A stretch of 64,000 nucleotides of DNA from Gammaproteobacteria bacterium. GTDB lineage: Bacteria > Pseudomonadota > Gammaproteobacteria > JABABF01. The stretch covers positions 288,001-352,000 of the forward strand of contig OZ250153.1 in the NCBI GenBank assembly GCA_965237805.1, written 5' to 3'. Position 1 is the stretch's first letter. Every line of letters starts with the position of its first letter. Below the pieces are notes generated by a model. It saw only the letters and a program-made list of their open reading frames with translations, was not told where the DNA came from and searched no databases. Positions 50,248 to 59,358 of the stretch are shown here, one piece after another. A program made the translations under genes and the position numbers.

Positions 50248-51291
50248 ATGACACACACCAGCCCCACACCCGGCCCATCACACCGCTTCTGCGTCGCGCC
50301 GATGGTCGCACGCACCGATCGGCACTGCCGCTATCTGTTGCGCTTGCTGTCGCGCCACACGATGCTGTACACCGAGATGACCACCACCGCTGCCCTGCGC
50401 CGGGGCGATCGGCAACGCCTGCTCGCCTACGACCAGAGCGAAGCACCGCTGGGCTTGCAGCTGGCGGGTAGCGAGCCAGCGGAGTTGGGCTGGGCGGCGG
50501 GCGTGGCACGCGATGTCGGCTACGACGAGGTCAATCTCAATGCGGGCTGCCCCAGCGCCCGCATCACCGCTGGCGCAGGCGCAGGTGCCTGCCTGATGCG
50601 CGATCCACAACGCAGTGCAGACTGCTTGGCGGCCATGGCAGCATCGGGACTGCCAGTGTCGCTCAAATGCCGCATCGGCATCGACGGCGGTGAAGATTAC
50701 GATGCCCTCGCCAGCTATATCGCCAGCGCACTGGCAAGCGGTGCGGGGACTGTCATCGTACACGCCCGCAGCGCTTGGCTCAACGGGCTGAGCCCGCGCC
50801 ACAACCGCAACGTACCGCCATTGCGCCACGAGTTGGTGCACCGCCTCAAGCGCGACTTCCCAGTAGCGGATATCGTGCTCAACGGCGGGATCAGCAGCAT
50901 GGCACAGTGCCGCCAAAGCCTGCGTCGAGTCGACGGCGTCATGCTGGGGCGTGCGGTCTGGCGTAATCCGTGGCTGCTGGCCTCAGTCGATCCGCTACTG
51001 TTTGGTAGCCCACCGCCGCTGGACTCGCGCCGGGCGGTGCTGGCCGCCTTCCTGTCCTATGCCCAAGTACAGCGATGCGCCGGTGTGCGTTCCGGAGTCT
51101 TGTTGCGGGCGCTGGCGGGCTTGGGACACGGCATTGCCGGTGCCCGCCTGTGGCGGCGGCGACTGGCAGTGGTGCGCGCTGTCGAGCAGGTGGATCACAG
51201 CGCGGCATTGCTGGATGGATGGCCGCTGAGCGAGGCGGTAGCGCAGCACTCAGAAGTCGAAGATATCACCCTCGGCAATAGCCTCCGCTGA
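50248..51291 (+). CDS. dusA: tRNA dihydrouridine(20/20a) synthase
   Basis: FCVAPM..TDRHCR, LYTEM, NLNAGCPS, VHARSAWL.GLSP..NR.VPPL, NGGI, GVMLGRA; start uncertain. Confidence 0.9.
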   Translation: MTHTSPTPGPSHRFCVAPMVARTDRHCRYLLRLLSRHTMLYTEMTTTAALRRGDRQRLLAYDQSEAPLGLQLAGSEPAELGWAAGVARDVGYDEVNLNAGCPSARITAGAGAGACLMRDPQRSADCLAAMAASGLPVSLKCRIGIDGGEDYDALASYIASALASGAGTVIVHARSAWLNGLSPRHNRNVPPLRHELVHRLKRDFPVADIVLNGGISSMAQCRQSLRRVDGVMLGRAVWRNPWLLASVDPLLFGSPPPLDSRRAVLAAFLSYAQVQRCAGVRSGVLLRALAGLGHGIAGARLWRRRLAVVRAVEQVDHSAALLDGWPLSEAVAQHSEVEDITLGNSLR

Positions 51292-52023
51292 GCCTTCCTC
51301 GCCAGCAGGAGCGATGGTGTCGAGATCATCGTCCAGCGACGGTTCGTCGCCGAGATAGAACTCACGCAACAACAGATAGCGATCACCGAACAACAGCGAT
51401 TCCTGATCCAGCAAGTCAGCGCGCCGCTGCAACAGACCGAGCGCTGAGACCGGATAGCGAATCACTGCCTCAACCAAGTAAAACTCCGGTGCCAACGCCA
51501 AGCTATCGACGGGAATGCCGATGGCATTGCGCACCGTGCTGGAACCGAAACCGGGCAAGACCATATAGGGGCCTCTGGGCAGCCCCCAAGCACCGAGCAC
51601 TTCACCGAAATTGGTGTTATCGACTTTCAAGCCGACACGCGTGGCGACATCGCTCAGACCAGCGAGCCCCAGAGTACTGTTGAGCAACAGTCGGCCAGTG
51701 TGTACCAAGCTCGCGCGCCAATCCCCCTGCAACAGGTGATCGACGATGCGGCGCGGTTCATTGAGGTTCGAGCCGAAATTGCGGATGCCACGCTGGAGTG
51801 GGTCGGGGATGATACCGTCATAGAACCGCGCCACTGGCCGGAGGAAGTGGCGGTCAAACCACTCATTGAGCACAAAAACTTTGCGGTTCCATCTTTCCCA
51901 AGGATCCCGGGGATCGAAATCCAGCCCCTCCAGCGCCGCGCAAGAACACAGCACAGGCAACAGCAGCAAGGCGACCCAATGAGCCGAGCGAGCACGCAAT
52001 GAGCGCCTCCCCTCAGGGCGCAC
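51250..52023 (-). CDS. mlaA: VacJ/MlaA family lipoprotein
   Basis: Lipobox LCSC, DPWERWNRKVF..N, NSTLGLAGL.DVA, FG..LG.WG...GPY.VLP..G.ST.R; start approximate. Confidence 0.9.
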   Translation of the reverse strand: MRPEGRRSLRARSAHWVALLLLPVLCSCAALEGLDFDPRDPWERWNRKVFVLNEWFDRHFLRPVARFYDGIIPDPLQRGIRNFGSNLNEPRRIVDHLLQGDWRASLVHTGRLLLNSTLGLAGLSDVATRVGLKVDNTNFGEVLGAWGLPRGPYMVLPGFGSSTVRNAIGIPVDSLALAPEFYLVEAVIRYPVSALGLLQRRADLLDQESLLFGDRYLLLREFYLGDEPSLDDDLDTIAPAGEEGSAEAIAEGDIFDF

Positions 52024-52804
52024 AGCGGGTGCCCAGCAGGGCATCAACGGTGCGCAAACGCGCCATGGCCGCCATGCCTTGAGCGATGAAGTCCGCTTCA
52101 TCCACCACGGCGGCCTCAGTGGCCATGCCCCGCAACAACTCGGTGCCAGAGGCTCCCTCCTCTCCACCCTGCAGGCGCTGCAACAACTGCACCGTCATGG
52201 CACTGGCCTCGAGCCGACGCACGCGGTCGCCGCGGTCGCGGCAGACCACCATGTAGCAGGGCGCGGACAGTGGCTCAATCGGTTGGTAATCGGGGCCAAT
52301 GCGGTGCACTTCATAGGGGTAGGACAGCGCGCAGGCCAGCGGCGACACCACTGGCCAGCCATGTCGGAAATCCCCGGCCGGGTCGATGCCAGCTTCGCAA
52401 ATCTCTTCACTGGCACTGTACAGCGCGATGCGTGTCCACTGGTAATGGGCAAAAGCCAGCATAAAGGGCGGGTCGCTTGGCTCGGACTCGCGTTCGTGCT
52501 CCAAATAGGCGAGGAATTCGCCTCCGATATGGCGAAAATAGGGTGTCTGGCAGCGATGGTGGCGCAGGAAATCACCGACCAAGGCATGCCAATGCTCGGC
52601 ATCCAGCAACTCCCGCAGCTGGGGGAAAGCGTGCCCGACCAAGCGCTCAATATTGCTGTAGAACAGTTGGCGGTAGAGCGCCAAGCGCTCGGGATCTGCT
52701 CCCACTGGCCCGGGATTACCCTCTGGATCGCGAATATACGCCCCAAACTGCTCGACGACGCTTGCGAAATCGGTCTTGGCGACAGCCACGGCTACGGTGT
52801 GCAT
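52013..52804 (-). CDS. DUF2063 / HvfC-BufC-like MNIO partner protein
   Basis: QF..YIRDP, RLALYRQLFYSN, F...H.CQTPYF..I..EF..YL, AHYQW, YPYEVHRIGP; ATG overlaps the DUF692 stop. Confidence 0.88.
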   Translation of the reverse strand: MHTVAVAVAKTDFASVVEQFGAYIRDPEGNPGPVGADPERLALYRQLFYSNIERLVGHAFPQLRELLDAEHWHALVGDFLRHHRCQTPYFRHIGGEFLAYLEHERESEPSDPPFMLAFAHYQWTRIALYSASEEICEAGIDPAGDFRHGWPVVSPLACALSYPYEVHRIGPDYQPIEPLSAPCYMVVCRDRGDRVRRLEASAMTVQLLQRLQGGEEGASGTELLRGMATEAAVVDEADFIAQGMAAMARLRTVDALLGTRCAP

Positions 52805-53640
52805 CAAACCATGGCGGCTTGGTGGCGTGCCTGCAGGCTACGAATACGATCCGTCTCGGCCAGCAGCTCGGGCATCGGCGGCATATTGTTGTCGCGCTCC
52901 AACAGCGTCGCGACCGGACCGCCGAGCCGCCCATAAACATAGTCGAGCAATTCCCAAGCCGCCTCGCCCACCGGCATGCCATGGGTGTCGATGCACAGCT
53001 GCTCATTCTCGCGGCGGTGCCCGGCGAGATGCAGATAGCGCACCCGCGACAAAGGCAAGCCATCGACAAAGGCTCTCGCATCGTAGCCGTGATTGCCACT
53101 GTTGACGACGATGTTGTTGACATCGAGCAACAACTCACAATCCGCCTCCTCAACCACCGCGTTTAAAAAGTCCAATTCCTCCATTTCCTGGCTGGGCGCG
53201 AGATAGTAGGAGGCATTTTCCACGGCGATGCGCTGCCCCAAGCAATCTTGCACTTGGGCGATGCGCCCTGAGATATGCGCCACCCCCTCCGCCGTGAATG
53301 GAACCGGCATCAGATCGTAGAGCTGACCGTGGTCAGCACAGGCCGTCAGGTGCTCAGAATAGAGCGGACATTGGTGACGATCCATGAAATCGCCAACTGC
53401 GTGCACCAAATCCATATCCACGGGCAAGATGCCGCCCAAATTCAGCGACAGCCCATGCAGGATGATGGGGAAGCGCTCGGCTATGGCGGCAAAACGCTTG
53501 CCCAGAGCACCGCCGTAGCCAACCCAATTCTCGGGTGCGACTTCAAAGAAGTCGACGCGGTTGTGCTCTAGTGCCTCAAAAGCGTCCAAGGGACGCCGCA
53601 GGCCAAGGCCAGCGCCGCCCCCTGTCTTGGTCTCGGGCAA
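52804..53640 (-). CDS. Multinuclear non-heme iron oxidase (MNIO, DUF692; HvfB/BufB-like)
   Basis: GLGLRR, EVAPENW, HGLSLNLG, YSEHL, YDLMP, AVENASYY, LLDVNN, HLAGH, IDTHG, LLERD; TTG start approximate. Confidence 0.93.
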   Translation of the reverse strand: MPETKTGGGAGLGLRRPLDAFEALEHNRVDFFEVAPENWVGYGGALGKRFAAIAERFPIILHGLSLNLGGILPVDMDLVHAVGDFMDRHQCPLYSEHLTACADHGQLYDLMPVPFTAEGVAHISGRIAQVQDCLGQRIAVENASYYLAPSQEMEELDFLNAVVEEADCELLLDVNNIVVNSGNHGYDARAFVDGLPLSRVRYLHLAGHRRENEQLCIDTHGMPVGEAAWELLDYVYGRLGGPVATLLERDNNMPPMPELLAETDRIRSLQARHQAAMV

Positions 53641-53656
53641 AAACCGCTGAGTTGGT

Positions 53657-54043
53657 TCAGCCGCAACGGCCTTCGCCACAGCTGCCTTCGCCTTCGGAAG
53701 CGCTTTTGCTGTGACCACCGCCAGAGGATTTGCTCTGACTGTTGTCACTACAGCTCCCTTCGCCACAGCTGCCTTCGCTGCTTGGCTCGGCATTGTCGCT
53801 GCAGTCGCCTTCGCCACAGCTGCCTTCGCTGTCACCGTCGCGTCCACGATCAAAATGATAGCTGGCGACCGGGGCACTCAAAGCGCTGCGCACTTCATCG
53901 GCGACAAAAGGGCGTGTGGCGGCAGCCGAGGCCAGAGGCATCACAGCCGATGCGAAAAAGGTTGCGCCCAAGACTGTTGCCAAAGAAGTGTCTTTGGCCG
54001 CCTTATGACTCGCCCGTTTGATCGGTTTCTTGAATTGGGACAT
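53657..54043 (-). CDS. Secreted RiPP precursor, HvfA/oxazolin-like, with three EGSCGEGxC modules
   Basis: Sec-type signal (..PLASA), EGSCGEGDCS, EGSCGEGSCS, EGSCGEGRCG; GGGAG RBS; first gene of the DUF692-DUF2063 operon. Confidence 0.88.
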   Translation of the reverse strand: MSQFKKPIKRASHKAAKDTSLATVLGATFFASAVMPLASAAATRPFVADEVRSALSAPVASYHFDRGRDGDSEGSCGEGDCSDNAEPSSEGSCGEGSCSDNSQSKSSGGGHSKSASEGEGSCGEGRCG

Positions 54044-54094
54044 GGTATTTGCTCCCCCCTAATTGAGGATGATACTGATGCGGGTATGCACAGT

Positions 54095-54121
54095 GTGACT
54101 AGAGCTACCCATGCGAGTCAC
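54095..54121. promoter_or_regulatory. Possible operator: inverted repeat GTGACT-N15-AGTCAC in the divergent promoter region
   Basis: Perfect 6-bp inverted repeat between the RiPP precursor and YHYH genes; function not shown. Confidence 0.3.
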
Positions 54122-54215
54122 TATAACCCAATCGCACAATCAAGTCTAATACGCTGCCTGCCCGGAGGCGAGCCCACAGCCCACCACCTATAGCTGTTGT
54201 ATTAGAATCCCCTCC

Positions 54216-55127
54216 ATGCACAATGCGCAGTCCAACATGAGCCGCCGACACGGCAGCTGCCTCCCCGGTGCCATGATCGCGCTGGGTATTGTCTTGCCAC
54301 TCTCGGCGGCCTATGGTGCCGCCGAGTTCCGCATTGAGAATGGTGTGCGCATCATCGTCGCCAACGGCTTGCCCTCGCACCAGACGGGCGGTTTTCCCAA
54401 CCGCCACAACCCCAATACCATCCGCACCCAGCGTTGGAGTTTCCGCATGCCACTGCAACCACAGCTACTGGCAACACCGGCACCGCTGGGCATGTCCCCT
54501 TTCGGCATCGCACTCAACGGCGTATTGTTCGATCCCGGCACGGCGGAGACTTGGAACGGCAATAAGCGCTGGCACCAGGAAGCCCTGAGTGGCCTGATCA
54601 ACTTGGGCTTGGATCGCAACAACGCCCATGTGCAGCCCAACGGCAGCTACCACTACCACGGTCTGCCCGTCAGTCTCATCGCCCAGCGGCGGCAGCACTC
54701 TCAACCCACCCTGCTCGGCTACGCCGCCGACGGCTTCCCGATCTACGACCAGTGGGGCTTCGGTGCCGCCAAGAGGCGTGGCGGCGCACTACAGAGCTCC
54801 TACCGCCTGCGTCGTGGCTATCGCCCCGCTGGCCGCAACGGTCCAGGTGGCCGCTATAGCGGCCTCTACACAGCAGACTACGAATACATTGAAGGGCTGG
54901 GTGACTTGGATCAATGCAATGCGCGCATGGGCATCACACCGGAGTACCCCCAAGGCACTTACTACTATGTGTTGACCAACCGCTTCCCACATGTGCCACG
55001 TTGCTTCCATGCCCGGCCGGATCCCAGTTTCCAAATCCACAAGGCACGGCCGGTGCGCCCGCGCGATGAATCTCGGCGCGAGCGGCGAAAACGTTTGCGG
55101 GAGGAGCGGCGGCAATTCAGACGCTAG
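54216..55127 (+). CDS. Exported YHYH-domain protein
   Basis: Signal peptide, NGLPSH..G.FP..NPN, GIALNGVLFDP, LD.NNAHVQP.GSYHYHG, LGYAADGFPIY, GDLDQCN, PEYP.GTYYY. Confidence 0.88.
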   Translation: MHNAQSNMSRRHGSCLPGAMIALGIVLPLSAAYGAAEFRIENGVRIIVANGLPSHQTGGFPNRHNPNTIRTQRWSFRMPLQPQLLATPAPLGMSPFGIALNGVLFDPGTAETWNGNKRWHQEALSGLINLGLDRNNAHVQPNGSYHYHGLPVSLIAQRRQHSQPTLLGYAADGFPIYDQWGFGAAKRRGGALQSSYRLRRGYRPAGRNGPGGRYSGLYTADYEYIEGLGDLDQCNARMGITPEYPQGTYYYVLTNRFPHVPRCFHARPDPSFQIHKARPVRPRDESRRERRKRLREERRQFRR

Positions 55128-55215
55128 CCGCATGACAGATGCCAGCCGCAAGGCGACGCGGACTCTGGCACGGGCTATAATTATCTGTTGCTCAAGCAGG
55201 TAGAGATCTGCCCGA

Positions 55216-56688
55216 ATGCCCAACTACTTCGACCAATTATCATGGCGGCGTCGCCTGCGCCAGCTAGGGCACTGTCGCTTCATGGCAGCAGCTGAATTCG
55301 CCGACGGTACAGCGGCGCTTGAGGGCAAGCGCATCGTGGTCGTCGGCTGTGGCGCACAGGGGCTCAATCAAGCTCTATGCCTGCGCGACAGCGGCCTAGA
55401 TGTCAGTGTCGCGCTGCGTGAGCAGGCCATCACCGAACACCGGCCATCCTTTGTCAGCGCCAAATCCAACGGTTTCAATATCGGCAGTTGTGAGGACTTG
55501 GTGCCAGCTGCGGATTTAGTGCTCAACCTGAGCCCGGATAAGCAACATGCCACCGTCATCGCCAAGCTGATGCCACTGATGAAGCGCGGTGCCTGCCTGT
55601 CCTACTCACACGGCTTCAACATCGTCGAGCAGGCGCAGCAGATCCGCGAAGATCTCAGCGTGATCATGGTCGCCCCCAAATGCCCCGGCACCGAAGTGCG
55701 CGAGGAGTATGTACGCGGTTTCGGCGTACCGACGCTGATCGCAGTGCACGAAGAGAACAACCCCGACGGCGAGGGATTGCGACTCGCCAGCGCCTATGCA
55801 GTCGGCCTCGGTTCGCACCGGGCCGGCGTGTTGGAATCCTCATTTGTCGCCGAGGTCAAATCCGACTTGATGGGCGAGCAGACCATCCTTTGCGGCATGC
55901 TACAGAGTGGCTCGCTGCTGTGCTTCGACCACATGGTGGCACGCGGTATCGATACCGGGCACGCTGCACGCCTAGTACAGGACGGCTGGGAAATCATCAC
56001 CGAGGCGATGAAACACGGCGGCCTGAGCAATCTGATGGCACGCCTGTCCAATCGCGCAAAACTGCGCGCTTTTGAGCTCTCCCAGCAGCTGAAGCAGATG
56101 TTGCGCCCGCTCTACGAGCATCATATGGATGACATCCTGTCTGGAGCCTTCTCCTCGGGCATGATGGAGGATTGGCAGCAGGGCGACCCCCGCCTGATGG
56201 CGTGGCGCGAACAGACCGCCGCCACCGCTTTCGAAGCTGCGCCACGCGACACGCCAGCGCTGGACGAGCAACAGCATTTCGATCAGGGCACCCTGATGGT
56301 GGCGATGGTGCAAGCTGGCGTCGAGCTCGCTTTCGAGGTCATGGTCGAAAGCGGTATCAAAGCGGAGTCGGCCTATTACGAATCCCTGCACGAAGTGCCA
56401 CTGATTGCCAATCTGGTCGCCCGGCGACGCCTGCACGAGATGAACTTGGTGATCTCCGACACCGCTGAGTATGGTTGCTACTTGTTCGACGAAGCTTGCC
56501 GACCGCTGATCGGAAAATTCATCGACAGCTTAGACAGCGATGTGATCGGCACCGTGCCACCATGGCTGAGCGATGGTGTCGACAACCGAGAGTTGATCGC
56601 TGTCGATCAGGCGATCAGTGAACACCCGGTGGAAATTGTGGGACGCGAATTGCGCCGCCACATGACCACCATGAAAAAGCTGCACTGA
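55216..56688 (+). CDS. ilvC: Ketol-acid reductoisomerase, long (class II, E. coli-type)
   Basis: [67 protein letters not shown]; 490 aa. Confidence 0.96.
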   Translation: MPNYFDQLSWRRRLRQLGHCRFMAAAEFADGTAALEGKRIVVVGCGAQGLNQALCLRDSGLDVSVALREQAITEHRPSFVSAKSNGFNIGSCEDLVPAADLVLNLSPDKQHATVIAKLMPLMKRGACLSYSHGFNIVEQAQQIREDLSVIMVAPKCPGTEVREEYVRGFGVPTLIAVHEENNPDGEGLRLASAYAVGLGSHRAGVLESSFVAEVKSDLMGEQTILCGMLQSGSLLCFDHMVARGIDTGHAARLVQDGWEIITEAMKHGGLSNLMARLSNRAKLRAFELSQQLKQMLRPLYEHHMDDILSGAFSSGMMEDWQQGDPRLMAWREQTAATAFEAAPRDTPALDEQQHFDQGTLMVAMVQAGVELAFEVMVESGIKAESAYYESLHEVPLIANLVARRRLHEMNLVISDTAEYGCYLFDEACRPLIGKFIDSLDSDVIGTVPPWLSDGVDNRELIAVDQAISEHPVEIVGRELRRHMTTMKKLH

Positions 56689-56750
56689 GCTGGCAGCGCC
56701 CAAAGACCAAACGGCGGCACTCAAACCGTCCAAACACAGGAACTCAATTA

Positions 56751-56834
56751 ATGGGCTATCCAAAAAAGCACCGAGGTCGCCGCAAAGTCGGCTCGACCAA
56801 GCGGCGCAATCGCAAGCGTAACAAGAAGCAGTAG
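56751..56834 (+). CDS. Small basic peptide, 27 aa (MGYPKKHRGRRKVGSTKRRNRKRNKKQ); function unknown
   Basis: AGGA at 56738-56741, AT-rich spacer, ATG 56751, TAG 56832-56834; 14 of 27 residues K/R and no acidic residues; below the ORF-track cutoff. Confidence 0.65.
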   Translation: MGYPKKHRGRRKVGSTKRRNRKRNKKQ

Positions 56835-56877
56835 ACCCGCGCACCATCGCTGGATGCATTGACAGTTTTGCCGAGCT

Positions 56878-57399
56878 TCAAAAAACGCCTCCCGAGCCGC
56901 TGGGTGCGTCCAACCTCAGGCTGAGTGCGCCACCGCGCACCACTTCCAGCACTGTCAGCTGTCGCGCCTTCAAGTCGTGCAAAAACTGATCCAATCGCTC
57001 CGGCGTGGCTGCCAACTCGAGAATGCGGTTGCCCTCGCCAGCGGCGACCACAGCGGCACCGACAGCGGCGGCGGCATCTTCGAGAACAGCCACCGCCTCC
57101 TCGCTGTCGGTATCGAGTTCCAGCTTGACCAGCATCAACTCACGCTCGAGAAAATCACCACCGCCCTCGAGAGCGGCCTCGACACTGTAGACATCAAGCA
57201 GACGATCTAGCTGGCGAGTCATCTGCTCCAGTTGCCGCGCATCGCCATCGGTCACCAAAGTCAGGCGCGAGAGCGTCAGATCCTCGGTCGGGGCCACATT
57301 GAGGCTCTCGATGTTATAGCCACGCTGAGAAAATAACCCCACCAAACGCGACAAGGCACCGGGGGCATTCTCCATCAAGACACTGAGCACTTGGCGCAT
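56878..57399 (-). CDS. ilvH: Acetolactate synthase small (regulatory) subunit
   Basis: SVLMEN.PGALSR.VGLFSQRGYNIESL.V, ERELMLVK, EVVR.G. Confidence 0.93.
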   Translation of the reverse strand: MRQVLSVLMENAPGALSRLVGLFSQRGYNIESLNVAPTEDLTLSRLTLVTDGDARQLEQMTRQLDRLLDVYSVEAALEGGGDFLERELMLVKLELDTDSEEAVAVLEDAAAAVGAAVVAAGEGNRILELAATPERLDQFLHDLKARQLTVLEVVRGGALSLRLDAPSGSGGVF

Positions 57400-57405
57400 A
57401 TGCTG

Positions 57406-59202
57406 TCAGCCCCCCCGCCGCCGCTCTGGCTCTGGTGGCGTGCGCTCATCCTTACTCAACCACATATCACTCAGCGAAGTGCCGGCGATGAGCATCGGGT
57501 AAACATGTTCGCTCTCATCGACCCGCACATCGAGAAATACCAAGCGCTCGCGCTGCTCAAAGCAACGCCGCATCGCTGGCTCTAACTCTTCGGGGCGGTC
57601 GACGTGCAGACCGATATGTCCGTAGGATTCGGCCAAGCGCACAAAGTCGGGCAGTGAATCTTGGTAGGTGCTATGCGAATAGCGTCCGCCATACTGCATG
57701 TCCTGCCACTGCCGCACCATTCCCAGTGCCTCGTTGTTGATATTGATGATCTTGATCGGCAAGCCGTACTGCAAACAGGTCGACAGCTCTTGGATCATCA
57801 TCTGGATACTCCCCTCGCCGGTGACGCAGGCCACCGTCGCATCGGGAAAGGCCAACTGCACGCCCATCGCCGCTGGCAAGCCAAAACCCATCGTGCCGAG
57901 GCCGCCGGAATTGATCCAGCGCCGGGGTTTTTTAAACGGGTAATACTGCGCCACAAACATCTGGTGTTGACCGACATCAGAACTGACATAGGCATCGCCG
58001 CCAGTCACCTCGTAAAGGCTCTGCACCACCTGTTGCGGCAAAATGCGGGCATCGTTCGGCTGATAACGCCGCTTGCGCAACAGCCCCTGTGCGTCGCGCC
58101 AATCCTCTATCTGTTGCCACCAATCAGCGAGCGCGTGGTCTCGATCGGCGCGCTGCCCCTTGTCTAAATCGACCAAGCATTTGTCTACCACAGGCGCAAG
58201 CGCATCGAGTATATCGGCGGCGATGCCGATGATAGGCAACTCCACTTCGATAATCTTGCCCACCGAAGCCGGATCGATATCGATATGAATGATCGCGGCA
58301 TCCGGACAGAAATATTCTGGTGCATTGGTGATGCGATCGTCGAAGCGGGCACCGACAGCCAGCAACACATCGCAGTGGTGCATCGCCATATTCGCCTCGT
58401 AAAAACCGTGCATGCCGAGCATGCCGACAAAACGTCGATCGTCACCTGGGTAGGCTCCCAAACCCATCAAGGTATTGGTAACCGGCGCGTTGAGCTGCTG
58501 CGCCAGCTGCACCAGCTGAGGCGAAGCATTGCCCTGCACCACCCCGCCGCCAGCGTAAATCATCGGTCGCCGCGCCTCGCTCAGCAGCAGTGCCGCACGC
58601 TCTAGCTGACTACTGTCCACCGCGGCTGGCAGGCGGTAGGAACGCAGCGAGACACTCTTTGGGTAACGGTATGGAAACTTGCGCGCCGGGTCGGTGGTGT
58701 TCTTCGGCACATCGATCACCACCGGACCGGGACGGCCAGTAGAAGCGATGTGAAAGGCTTGACGCACGATGTCCGGAATGTCCTCCGCCGCACGCACTTG
58801 GAAACTGTGCTTGACCACCGGGCGAGAGACCCCCAGCATGTCGGTCTCTTGGAAAGCGTCGGTACCGACCAAGTGCATCGCCACTTGGGCAGAGATCACC
58901 ACCAGCGGAATAGAATCCATCTGCGCAGTGGCGATGCCAGTGATGGTATTGGTCGCGCCCGGCCCGGAAGTCACCAACACCGCCCCCGGCTGGCCGGTGG
59001 CGCGGGCGTAGCCATCGGCGGCGTGGGTGGCCGCTTGCTCGTGGCGCACCAAGATATGCTGCACGGTATCTTGGCGAAACAGCGCGTCGTAAATATGCAG
59101 GGCGGCACCGCCTGGATAACCAAATAACAATCTCACCCCGGCATCACCGAGGGCACGCACCAACATCTCGCCACCGCTCAGCAGTTCCGCGTCTTTGGCC
59201 AT
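57406..59202 (-). CDS. ilvI: Acetolactate synthase large subunit
   Basis: FGYPGGA, RHEQAA, TSGPGATN, GARFDDR, DVGQHQM, SGGLGTMGFG, GEGSIQM, LGMVRQWQ. Confidence 0.95.
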   Translation of the reverse strand: MAKDAELLSGGEMLVRALGDAGVRLLFGYPGGAALHIYDALFRQDTVQHILVRHEQAATHAADGYARATGQPGAVLVTSGPGATNTITGIATAQMDSIPLVVISAQVAMHLVGTDAFQETDMLGVSRPVVKHSFQVRAAEDIPDIVRQAFHIASTGRPGPVVIDVPKNTTDPARKFPYRYPKSVSLRSYRLPAAVDSSQLERAALLLSEARRPMIYAGGGVVQGNASPQLVQLAQQLNAPVTNTLMGLGAYPGDDRRFVGMLGMHGFYEANMAMHHCDVLLAVGARFDDRITNAPEYFCPDAAIIHIDIDPASVGKIIEVELPIIGIAADILDALAPVVDKCLVDLDKGQRADRDHALADWWQQIEDWRDAQGLLRKRRYQPNDARILPQQVVQSLYEVTGGDAYVSSDVGQHQMFVAQYYPFKKPRRWINSGGLGTMGFGLPAAMGVQLAFPDATVACVTGEGSIQMMIQELSTCLQYGLPIKIININNEALGMVRQWQDMQYGGRYSHSTYQDSLPDFVRLAESYGHIGLHVDRPEELEPAMRRCFEQRERLVFLDVRVDESEHVYPMLIAGTSLSDMWLSKDERTPPEPERRRGG

Positions 59203-59358
59203 GATTTTTTAAAGCGCGACGCGGACGCGTCAATGTGAGACGGCTAGAAAGCGCAGTATATACCAGTGTTATCGCCGCCCCGGGCGATCTGAGCGTGGCT
59301 AAAACGCCCCGGCGATCGACAAGGAAAAATATTCGTCGCGCCGCGGGACGCGGTGGGC

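Noticed and set aside
53641-53877. Ala/Lys-rich N-terminal extension (TAKAAVAKA) on DUF692
   Set aside because: Alternative frame of the precursor's EGSCG repeats; DUF692 homology starts near GLGLRR.
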